This document shows positions 49,501-58,135 of a stretch of DNA of 64,000 nucleotides, piece by piece; positions within the stretch are counted from its first letter, which is position 1; the number at the start of each line of letters is the position of its first letter. A program made the translations under genes and the position numbers. The DNA lies in the NCBI GenBank assembly GCA_963676565.1, contig OY781089.1, positions 1,952,001-2,016,000 of the forward strand, written 5' to 3'. The stretch comes from Halarcobacter sp. Its GTDB lineage: Bacteria > Campylobacterota > Campylobacteria > Campylobacterales > Arcobacteraceae. The notes beneath the pieces were generated by a model. The model saw nothing but the letters and a program-made list of their open reading frames with translations. It did not search any database and had not been told where the DNA came from.

Positions 49501-52320
49501 CTATTTAAAAAATAAAATTCTATCAGGATATAAAGGATCAGGACATTTTTCATGTTTATATTTAACAACATTTCTATTTTTATATTTATCTAAAATTGTA
49601 ATACTACTCCAACCATCACTATCGATTGTATTATTTTTAAAGATGGTATTTTCAATTTCATTTTTAGTAATATTTAAAAAAAGTTTTTCTAAACTTAATT
49701 CTTTTAACTCTCTAGCACTATAATTGAAAAGTTTTTCAGCTAAAAAGTTTGTATGAATTATATTAGAATTTGTATCTACACAAATTATTGGATATTTAGA
49801 ATAAGAACCTAATAGTCCTATAAATTTTTCATGTAATTGATCTGATAAGTAAGTTCTATCTTTTACTTTTTCAAAAAATAGTATTGCACCTACAACCTCT
49901 TTATTATCAAATTTATAAGGAACAATTCTAAGGTCATGATTAATTCTTCTACTCCTTAGATTTATTACAGATTCTTTTTCTAATTCTATTACATTTAAAA
50001 GTTCTGTTCTTAGATTTGGAATATCCATGGTAAAGCCAAATGAAGTTACAACTTGTCCAATGTCATCATGGATTAGTTCAAATAATTTCCCTGCTTTATT
50101 TGTATATCTTTGAAGTCTTAATCTGTTATCAACAAATAAAATATTTTCATCTATTGAACTTAACATTGCAGATAAATCATTGTTTACTTTTCCTAATTCA
50201 AAAGATTTGACTTCTAATTCCTCATTAACCGTTGAAAGTTCTTCATTTGTTGATTGAAGTTCTTCATTAGCAGTTTGAAGCTCTTCATTTGCAGATTGAA
50301 GTTCCTCATTTGCAGATTGAAGTTCTTCATTTGTTGATTGAAGTTCCTCATTACTTGTTTCCAAATCTTGAATAGAACTTTGTAATCTTTCTCTAAAAAT
50401 CTCAATCTCTTGTTTTAATTTATTTTTACTTAGTTCATCAATATCTTTATGATTAACACTAATTGCTGATTCATCAGATAATTCTATTTCTAAAAAAGCA
50501 ATAACAAACAAATCATCTTCTGATGGAGTAATTTCCTCTATAATAATATAAAGTATTCTTTTTTTATCTTTAGAATTGAAGAATAAAGCTTGAGAAGCAG
50601 CATGCTTCTCTTTTTTTGCCTGTTGTAAAAGAGACCTTATATCAATTTTTAAATCATCTTTTGCCATATTAAAAATATTTGTTTCTACTCTTCCTTGCGG
50701 AAATTCAAGGTACTCATTGATATTTCCTTTTATATGTAACATTTCACCCAATGAATTTATTACAATAGAAGCAGGCAAAACTCTATCATTTAAGATTTTA
50801 TTCATTTTATCTTCTAAGCTAACTTCTTCATCTAATTTCATTTTGGTTTTAGTACTAATAGTTTTTTGATTTTTTACTAGTTTTTTTGCACCTTTTACAT
50901 AGTCCAAATTAAAAGATATATCTGTTTTTTTTCTTTTAAATAGTTGGGATTTATTTGTGGAAACATCATATAGTTCAGGAGCTGTGTTTACAGCAGATTC
51001 AGATTTTCCTAAAAACAGATAACTATTTGGTCTTAGGGAATAGTGAAAAGTTTGAAAAATCTTTTTTTGTGTTTCATTGTTAAAGTATATTAGAACATTT
51101 CTACAACTAATTAAGTCTATATTAGAAAAAGGTGGATCCATAATTACGTTTTGTTTTGCAAAAACAACATGATCCCTAAGGGATTTATTTACTATATAAG
51201 AGTTATCATTTTCTTGAAAGTATCTTTTTAACAAAGCTTGATTAATCTCTTTTACTTGAGATGCAGAATATACAGCTTTTCTAGCTAAATTAAGCGCATA
51301 ATCATCAATATCTGTTGCAAATATTTGAAATGAGACAGGTTTATCTTGTTTTCTTTTTGCTTCTTCAAATAATATTGCAATAGAATAAGCTTCAGCTCCA
51401 TTTGCACAACCCGTAACCCAAACTCTAATAGGATCTTTTAAATCTCTTTTTTTAACAATATTATCGACTACTATTTTTAGGTCGTCAAATGCTTCTTTAT
51501 CCCTAAAAAAGTCTGTAACTGAGATAAGTAAGTCTTTAAATAAGGCTTCAACTTCAGAAGAAGAACTATTTAAGAGATTAATATAATCTTCTAAAGCAAC
51601 TATTTTATTAACCACCATTCTTCTTTGAATTCTTCTTTGAATTGTTTTTAATTTATAGCCACTAAAATCATATGAGGTTTGATCAAATATTGATTGAAAT
51701 ATTTTTTCTAAATTAGTTCTTATTTTTGGTTCAGTAACTTTATATTGATACTCTTCCGTTGTATTTATTAGTTTAGGAAGTTCAATTGCAATCTCATTTG
51801 CAGGAAGAATTAAATCAACAAAACCAGTTTCAATTGCAGATTTAGGCATACCAGAATATTTTGCACTTATTTCATCTTGCGCTATTGTTATTCCACCAGC
51901 TGCTTTTATAGCTGTGATTCCAACAGAACCATCACTTCCAGTACCAGATAAAACTATACCTATACTATAATCTTTTAATTCATCCGCCATAGAGCTAAAT
52001 AGTTCATTTATTGAAGGTTTTGGCCCAATTAATGCTGCAGGAGATAATTTTATCTCTTCATCCTTAATTGAAGCATTATGTCCAGGAGCAATAATATAAA
52101 TTGAACCTTTTTCAGGTTTAATATCTTTTTCTACCATATGAATAGGTAGATTTGTAACCCGTGCTAATAAATCTTTTAGAATAGTTGGATGGGTTGGGTC
52201 AAGATGTTGTGCAATTATATAAATTGCATCACTAAACTCTAGGTTTTTTAAAAACTCTTTTATTGCATCTAGTCCCCCAGCACTAGCACCGATTCCTATC
52301 CAGAAATTTTTCTTTTTCAT
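49501..52320 (-). CDS. CheB methylesterase-CheR methyltransferase fusion with coiled coil and PAS domains
   Basis: GIGASAGG, QHL and SGTGSDG (CheB triad); RVWVTGC, ATDID and SCRNVLIYF (CheR); (LQSxNEE)n. Confidence 0.92.
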   Translation of the reverse strand: MKKKNFWIGIGASAGGLDAIKEFLKNLEFSDAIYIIAQHLDPTHPTILKDLLARVTNLPIHMVEKDIKPEKGSIYIIAPGHNASIKDEEIKLSPAALIGPKPSINELFSSMADELKDYSIGIVLSGTGSDGSVGITAIKAAGGITIAQDEISAKYSGMPKSAIETGFVDLILPANEIAIELPKLINTTEEYQYKVTEPKIRTNLEKIFQSIFDQTSYDFSGYKLKTIQRRIQRRMVVNKIVALEDYINLLNSSSSEVEALFKDLLISVTDFFRDKEAFDDLKIVVDNIVKKRDLKDPIRVWVTGCANGAEAYSIAILFEEAKRKQDKPVSFQIFATDIDDYALNLARKAVYSASQVKEINQALLKRYFQENDNSYIVNKSLRDHVVFAKQNVIMDPPFSNIDLISCRNVLIYFNNETQKKIFQTFHYSLRPNSYLFLGKSESAVNTAPELYDVSTNKSQLFKRKKTDISFNLDYVKGAKKLVKNQKTISTKTKMKLDEEVSLEDKMNKILNDRVLPASIVINSLGEMLHIKGNINEYLEFPQGRVETNIFNMAKDDLKIDIRSLLQQAKKEKHAASQALFFNSKDKKRILYIIIEEITPSEDDLFVIAFLEIELSDESAISVNHKDIDELSKNKLKQEIEIFRERLQSSIQDLETSNEELQSTNEELQSANEELQSANEELQTANEELQSTNEELSTVNEELEVKSFELGKVNNDLSAMLSSIDENILFVDNRLRLQRYTNKAGKLFELIHDDIGQVVTSFGFTMDIPNLRTELLNVIELEKESVINLRSRRINHDLRIVPYKFDNKEVVGAILFFEKVKDRTYLSDQLHEKFIGLLGSYSKYPIICVDTNSNIIHTNFLAEKLFNYSARELKELSLEKLFLNITKNEIENTIFKNNTIDSDGWSSITILDKYKNRNVVKYKHEKCPDPLYPDRILFFK
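50218..50352 (-). repeat. In-frame 21-bp tandem repeat encoding NEELQS[T/A] heptads
   Basis: About 6 imperfect copies of a 21-nt unit (e.g. TTCATTTGCAGATTGAAGTTC). Confidence 0.85.
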
Positions 52321-53795
52321 ACTTTCCCTTCAATAATTTTAAAAAACTGATTTGTGAACTTTAAGGCAGCTAATTCTTCTTGACTATGAAATTTATTACA
52401 AAACCCATGTTTTTCTTCAACAAATCTTTCAAATGACCTTCTAGGAGATAATCTAAAAACTCCTTTATGTTCTACAATAGATTTATTAGGATTTCCTGCC
52501 CAAGTTAGTTTTTCAGAAATTTCATTTCTAAACCAGTAAGATCTTAGTGCTGAGTTTTGAGATTCTAGTTTGATCCCTAAAACTCCAACTGGTCCTATAA
52601 AGTTCAAATCAAAATCTTTTGATATAGAGTTTGAAACTATTTTATTAGAATTTGAATTTAAAAAGTATTCATCTAAGTTTCTTAATGAATTGTTTTCAGG
52701 TATTGAACCTATTGCCCATATTTGAGAGTTATAAATTATAATTAAACCATCGCTGTTTAATAGTTGTAAAAAATGATTTTTATTCTCTTGTATTTGTATT
52801 TCGAAATTATTTAAATCAGAGATAGTATTTAATAAAGAGTTTATTTTATGCTCAACTAAATCTAAATAGGCAATTTTTTCTTTTGCAAAGAAGTTTTGTA
52901 AACCTAGTGAAAACTGTTGGATAAGATTAAGTATATTATTTCTTTGTAAAGGATCTATTCTTTTATATGTGAAGTTATGGCAAGCTAACAGCCCCCAAAG
53001 CTTGTTTGCAATTATAATTGGGATTGATAAAGATGTTATAACTCCCATATTTTTTAAATATTCAATATGAACGGGGGAAACACTTCTTATATCTGAAAAA
53101 GTTAAATCTGGTTTACTCCCATCTATTGTTAAGATATCTATATCTTTTGAGTTTACATCAGCAATTAATCTGTAGGGATTAATCATATACATATCCCTTG
53201 CAATTTTAGGAATATCTGATGCAGGGAACATCAATCCTAGATAACTATCAGCACCTTCATTTGAAACTTTTTCTGCAATCACTTTTCCTGACCAATCATC
53301 TTGAAATTGATATATTAAAATTCTGTCAAATTTCAGTTGATTATCTATAAGTTCTAAAAATGTATTTTTATAGTCATTGTATTCAATATCATTACAAGGA
53401 GCAATTGTAAGTTCTGTATTGTACTTAATAGTTTTACTTAAAAATTCTTCTTTAATCTTTTGAATATCTATAACTATTGAATTATCAATTTTAGATAACT
53501 TAAGTAAAAGTTTTTCTTTTTTTAAAGTTTTATAAAAAAAATTTACATCTTCATCATCTAATTTATATTCATCTAAAAGTTTGTAAAAATCTTTTAAGAG
53601 ATTTTTTATATTTTTTCCTAGCAAATCTTTACAATCAATTGATAAAAAATCTTTGATATTTTCAGAAACGTGGCTTATTATAAAACTTTCACTATCAAAT
53701 ACTAAAAGTGAGGAAAAAGATTGAATCATTCCAGTTAAGTGAAGTTGCTCTTGTTCACATGTTTTTAATAATTCATCAATATCATAGTTTTGCAT
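52317..53795 (-). CDS. Bacteriophytochrome photosensory core only (PAS-GAF-PHY), no kinase or other output domain
   Basis: Biliverdin-attachment Cys13 (TCEQEQLHLTGMIQ), PASDIP, RSVSPVH..YL, LWGLLACH, WFR, WAGNP, LSPRRSF; stop follows PHY. Confidence 0.9.
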   Translation of the reverse strand: MQNYDIDELLKTCEQEQLHLTGMIQSFSSLLVFDSESFIISHVSENIKDFLSIDCKDLLGKNIKNLLKDFYKLLDEYKLDDEDVNFFYKTLKKEKLLLKLSKIDNSIVIDIQKIKEEFLSKTIKYNTELTIAPCNDIEYNDYKNTFLELIDNQLKFDRILIYQFQDDWSGKVIAEKVSNEGADSYLGLMFPASDIPKIARDMYMINPYRLIADVNSKDIDILTIDGSKPDLTFSDIRSVSPVHIEYLKNMGVITSLSIPIIIANKLWGLLACHNFTYKRIDPLQRNNILNLIQQFSLGLQNFFAKEKIAYLDLVEHKINSLLNTISDLNNFEIQIQENKNHFLQLLNSDGLIIIYNSQIWAIGSIPENNSLRNLDEYFLNSNSNKIVSNSISKDFDLNFIGPVGVLGIKLESQNSALRSYWFRNEISEKLTWAGNPNKSIVEHKGVFRLSPRRSFERFVEEKHGFCNKFHSQEELAALKFTNQFFKIIEGKV

Positions 53796-53800
53796 AATAT

Positions 53801-54385
53801 CTAGCTTTCAAAGTGTTTTTTTAGTACTATAAATGTTTCTGTGGCACCTAAAGTTGTTTCATATTTATCAATTTCTACTTCATCTAACCACTTTGAAAAA
53901 CTTAACCATTTATTCATGGTATCCTGTTTATATGATTGATAATATCTATTTGGTACATTGTTCTTAAAGTTTTTTTCTATCATTTTAACTATTTGCATCC
54001 CACCCATAGTTGAACCCTCTAATACATAAAGTGCACCAACTACAGAAGCGAAATTATTTAATGTTTTAAATTCTATATTTTTTTTAATATTTAAATTGTC
54101 AATTTCTACATTTAAATAGTTTAAATCTTCAATTAACCATTTCGTTTTTTCAAGTCTTTTTTCTATATCTTCAAGCTTTTTTTCCACAAATTCATTTTTA
54201 TGGTTTTTAATAATTAATTCGATTATACTAAAAAAAGAATAAAGTTTTTTTAATAAAAAAATATACTCCTCTTCAGACAAATTATTTTTTTTGATTTTTT
54301 CGAATAAATAGAATTCTTCTAGCCATTCATGGAGTGGATAAGTAGCATTTTTTAGATGGTTTTTCAGTGAATCGTTATTTTTCAT
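53801..54385 (-). CDS. bphO: Biliverdin-producing heme oxygenase (BphO-type)
   Basis: LKNAT...H heme ligand, GALYVLEGSTMGG; directly upstream of the phytochrome. Confidence 0.88.
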   Translation of the reverse strand: MKNNDSLKNHLKNATYPLHEWLEEFYLFEKIKKNNLSEEEYIFLLKKLYSFFSIIELIIKNHKNEFVEKKLEDIEKRLEKTKWLIEDLNYLNVEIDNLNIKKNIEFKTLNNFASVVGALYVLEGSTMGGMQIVKMIEKNFKNNVPNRYYQSYKQDTMNKWLSFSKWLDEVEIDKYETTLGATETFIVLKKHFES

Positions 54386-54458
54386 AAATTAATATCTCCC
54401 CTAGTAATAATTTATTTTATCTTATTATTAATAAATTAATATAATTTTTATATACGGT

Positions 54459-56831
54459 TTATATATTTTTTGGATTTTCAAAAGGGGGACTAAATAAGTA
54501 TCCTTGTGAGTAATCAATTCCTAACTCTTGTACCTTTTTTAAGATTGATTCATTTTCAACAAATTCTGCAATTGTTTTCATCCCTAAATCTTTCGCAAAA
54601 TTCACTATATTTTTACAAACTTTTTCACTAAGAATATCTTTATCAATATTTTTTATTAAAGAACCATCTATTTTTATAAAATCTGCTTTTAGTTTTAAAA
54701 GATATTCAAAATTACTATAACCAGTACCAAAATCATCAATAGCAATTCTACACCCAAAAGATTTAACTTTTTTAATAAAATTTAAAACAATTTCAAAGTT
54801 TTCAATTGATTCAGATTCAACTATCTCAAAAACAACTCTTTTACCAACTTGTGAGTCTGATAGTATTTTATAAATAAACTCTTTTATCTCAACATTTAAA
54901 ATATCTTCAATTGTTAAATTTATAGAAAAATTATATTCAAGGTCTTTGAATTTTTCTATGGTTTTTTCTATCATAATTTTTGTAATTTGATTGTAAAATT
55001 TAGTTTTCTTTGAAATTTCTAGAAAAAAGTAGGGTGATATTAATTTATCTTTTTTCCTCATCCTAACTAAAGCTTCATATTTTTCAACCTTTAAAGTTTT
55101 GTTATTTATAATTGCTTGATATACTGGTAGAATATTGTCTTTTTCTATTGCATCTTTAATGGATTTAGTCCATTTTATATTATTTTCATACTCTTTGTCT
55201 AAAGATATATCATCTTTGTAAACTAAGATATCTTTATTGTGTTGCTTTGCAATTTTAATAGTCATTGTTGCTGTGTTTAAAATTCTATTTTTTTCTTCAA
55301 AGGAGATTCCAATGGTAAAATTTAAATTGATAAAGTCTTCACTATCAATATAAAAATTTTCTTTTTTTAGTTGGGTGTTTATAGAGTTAATTTTTTGCAA
55401 AAAAAGATCAGTACTTATATCTTCATAAAAAATTACAAATTCATCACTATGTAAACGATAAATGTTACAACTATTTGAATCTTTTATAATGTTTAGTTTT
55501 TCTGCAAATCTTTTAAGTATCTTGTCACCAATTATATATCCATAAAAATCATTTATTTCAGAAAACCTATCAATATTTATAATTGCTAATGCAGGCTTAG
55601 TGCTTTTGTTTATATCATTTATAAGTTTATATCTATTTCCTAAGTTTGTTAGAATATCAGTATTAACAATAGTATCTAATCTTTCTTGTTGTTCAATAGT
55701 TTTAGTTATATCATGTCTTATTCCAATATATTCATTTATATTGTTTTTATCATCAAGAATAGGGACTATTGTAATATCTACCCAATAATAATTTCCATCT
55801 TTAGTGATATTTTTTAATGTTTTTTTCCAAACTCTTTTTGATCTAATCGTTGTCCACAACTCTTCAAAAATAGATTTTGGATTATCTGGATGTCTAATAA
55901 TATTATGGGGTTTACCAATTAATTCCTCTTTTGTATAGCCACTTATTTTACATAAGTTATCATTTACATAAGTAATATTACCTGCTAAGTCTGACTTTGA
56001 AACGATACTTGATTTATCCATCGCAATTTTGTAACTTTCAAATAAAGATATAGTCCTTTTTAATTCATATTCTATCTCTTTTATTTGACTTATATCTTGA
56101 ACTGTCCCAACAGACCTATATGGATTACCATCTTTGTCAAAGTAATTATCACATTTTTCTTCAACATATTTTATTCTTCCATCTTTCATTTTTAATCTAT
56201 GTTGAATAGCATAAGGTTTTTTTGTTTTAAGTGAATTTAAATATGCATTATTTACCATCTCTTTATCTTCTGGATGAATTGCATTTAAAAAATATTCATA
56301 AGAAGGTTCAAATTTAGATTTATCTATTTCGAAAATCTTATATATTTGATCAGACCAAAAGAGATTATTATTGATAATGTCATACTCCCAGTTACCAATA
56401 TTTGCTAACCTTTGAGCTGTATTCATTTTTTTTGTTATTTCAACTTCTCTTGTGACATCTTTTTGAATACCTAAAAAAAACTGTAGTTTATTGTTTTCGT
56501 CAAAAATTGGAGTTATTGTTAATTCACAGTAAACAATTTCACCATTTTTTTTCTGATTTTTAACAATAGTAGTTATTGATTTTTCTTCTTTTATTGCCTT
56601 TCTTATTTCATCTATTGATTTTTGTTCTTTATTACTTGTTTGTAGGAATCTACAGTTTTTACCCAAAACTTCATCCTCTTTATAATCAAACATTTTATAA
56701 AAACTTTTATTTGCGTAAATAATAGGATTATCGTCTTTTTTAGGATCAGTAATTAGTATTCCGTTTACTGCTTGGTCTATGATTTTTGAGAGAAAAATAT
56801 TTAAGTTTTCATCTAAATAATCTTCTCCCAT
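54459..56831 (-). CDS. LOV-PAS-PAS-degenerate GGDEF-EAL phosphodiesterase (blue-light sensor)
   Basis: DNPIIYAN...GKNCRFLQ...GIQKDVT LOV signature; GGDEF replaced by HSDEF; EALVR and DDFGTGY intact. Confidence 0.88.
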   Translation of the reverse strand: MGEDYLDENLNIFLSKIIDQAVNGILITDPKKDDNPIIYANKSFYKMFDYKEDEVLGKNCRFLQTSNKEQKSIDEIRKAIKEEKSITTIVKNQKKNGEIVYCELTITPIFDENNKLQFFLGIQKDVTREVEITKKMNTAQRLANIGNWEYDIINNNLFWSDQIYKIFEIDKSKFEPSYEYFLNAIHPEDKEMVNNAYLNSLKTKKPYAIQHRLKMKDGRIKYVEEKCDNYFDKDGNPYRSVGTVQDISQIKEIEYELKRTISLFESYKIAMDKSSIVSKSDLAGNITYVNDNLCKISGYTKEELIGKPHNIIRHPDNPKSIFEELWTTIRSKRVWKKTLKNITKDGNYYWVDITIVPILDDKNNINEYIGIRHDITKTIEQQERLDTIVNTDILTNLGNRYKLINDINKSTKPALAIINIDRFSEINDFYGYIIGDKILKRFAEKLNIIKDSNSCNIYRLHSDEFVIFYEDISTDLFLQKINSINTQLKKENFYIDSEDFINLNFTIGISFEEKNRILNTATMTIKIAKQHNKDILVYKDDISLDKEYENNIKWTKSIKDAIEKDNILPVYQAIINNKTLKVEKYEALVRMRKKDKLISPYFFLEISKKTKFYNQITKIMIEKTIEKFKDLEYNFSINLTIEDILNVEIKEFIYKILSDSQVGKRVVFEIVESESIENFEIVLNFIKKVKSFGCRIAIDDFGTGYSNFEYLLKLKADFIKIDGSLIKNIDKDILSEKVCKNIVNFAKDLGMKTIAEFVENESILKKVQELGIDYSQGYLFSPPFENPKNI

Positions 56832-57092
56832 AAATATCCTTTTAAATTTTATAATTTTGTTACATTATTATAACATAACTTTTTTATAATAATCAAGTTG
56901 AAAAAACTTTTTCACAGACAAAATTATTTTATATAAAAAGTATTATAAGTTTCTTATTTTTAGGGATTTTTTTTTAAATAAATTATTATTATAAAGAGTG
57001 ATTGTTTTTTTGTATATTTTATTTAAGACTAGGGATAAAATAGTAATTTTTTGAAATTATAAACTTTCTAGTTAAGAAAAGACTAGTTTAAA

Positions 57093-57479
57093 CTAGCCTT
57101 TTAGTGATTTAATCATCTCTTCCATGATTACATTTGCTTGTTCATTTGGCGCTTCTAAAAAGTTTACTACAAACATATCTTCTAGTTCACAAACACCTAT
57201 TGCTCTTGGTCTTACAGCTAAAACCTCAGGAGTTGGTATCTCTTTACCAAAACAAAATATAATATTTTTAGCATCTTTAATATCTTCTCTTATAACTCCA
57301 TCTACTCTCTTTGTTTGTGAAAACTGATCAAATGTTGAAATATAAGCTATCACAGGATGTGCATCAATTTTGTCTTTTAGCGCTGCTAATATCTCATTCA
57401 CATTTTTGAATTTTAATTCATCTTTTGAAAATTCAATTTCAAAAATGTGGTATTTATCTTTAAAAGTTTTTTGTTTCAT
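57093..57479 (-). CDS. Conserved hypothetical protein (DUF6858-like)
   Basis: IFCFG..IP.PEVLAVRPRAIGV; family assignment recalled, not verified. Confidence 0.6.
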   Translation of the reverse strand: MKQKTFKDKYHIFEIEFSKDELKFKNVNEILAALKDKIDAHPVIAYISTFDQFSQTKRVDGVIREDIKDAKNIIFCFGKEIPTPEVLAVRPRAIGVCELEDMFVVNFLEAPNEQANVIMEEMIKSLKG

Positions 57480-57492
57480 TTAATGTTCCTTT

Positions 57493-58041
57493 TTATTTTT
57501 TTAATGTTATAAACGATTTAATGACACAATCCATTCTTTCAGGGATATCGCTAGTATCCATATTCATATAATCAGTTTGTATCTTATAAATTAGTTTATT
57601 GTCAAGTTTAAATTCAAAGACTAGGTACCCAGCATAAAGTTTACATTTTGTTCCTTTTTTTCCCTTGTCTTCTTTATCATTTTCAAGTATGTAATAATCA
57701 ATTAAAAGTTTTTTATCCTTTAGTTTTTTGTCTTTTACATACTTATTTATAGTTTCATTTAAATATTCATTTGCTTTCTCTTCACATATATGTTTATCAA
57801 TTTGTGATTCCATATATACAGATTTTTCGATTCTAGATTTAATAATATAATTAGAAGTTTCAAGAAGCTCAATAGCCTCTTGTGCAAGTTGTTTATTCGA
57901 TATTTTTTCAAAGGTTGTAGTTTTTGTTTGACAGGTTAGTCTTTTTTCTTTTTTTATGTGGTCATTTGATTCTTTAGTTAGTAAACCATAAGAGAAAAAT
58001 CCAACAATAAAAATTAATATAAAAATAAAAAATTTGTTCAT
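57493..58041 (-). CDS. Hypothetical membrane-anchored protein
   Basis: N-terminal TM segment, 182 aa ORF with RBS. Confidence 0.7.
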   Translation of the reverse strand: MNKFFIFILIFIVGFFSYGLLTKESNDHIKKEKRLTCQTKTTTFEKISNKQLAQEAIELLETSNYIIKSRIEKSVYMESQIDKHICEEKANEYLNETINKYVKDKKLKDKKLLIDYYILENDKEDKGKKGTKCKLYAGYLVFEFKLDNKLIYKIQTDYMNMDTSDIPERMDCVIKSFITLKK

Positions 58042-58135
58042 AGTATTCCCTTTTGTTAAGTTAAATAGAATACTAACGTAATAATTATTATAAGTAAATT
58101 AAATAAATGTATTATAATTTATAGTTATAATACAT

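Noticed and set aside
50218..50352. CRISPR-like repeat array
   Set aside because: Contiguous 21-bp units with no spacers, in frame within a coding coiled coil; no cas genes
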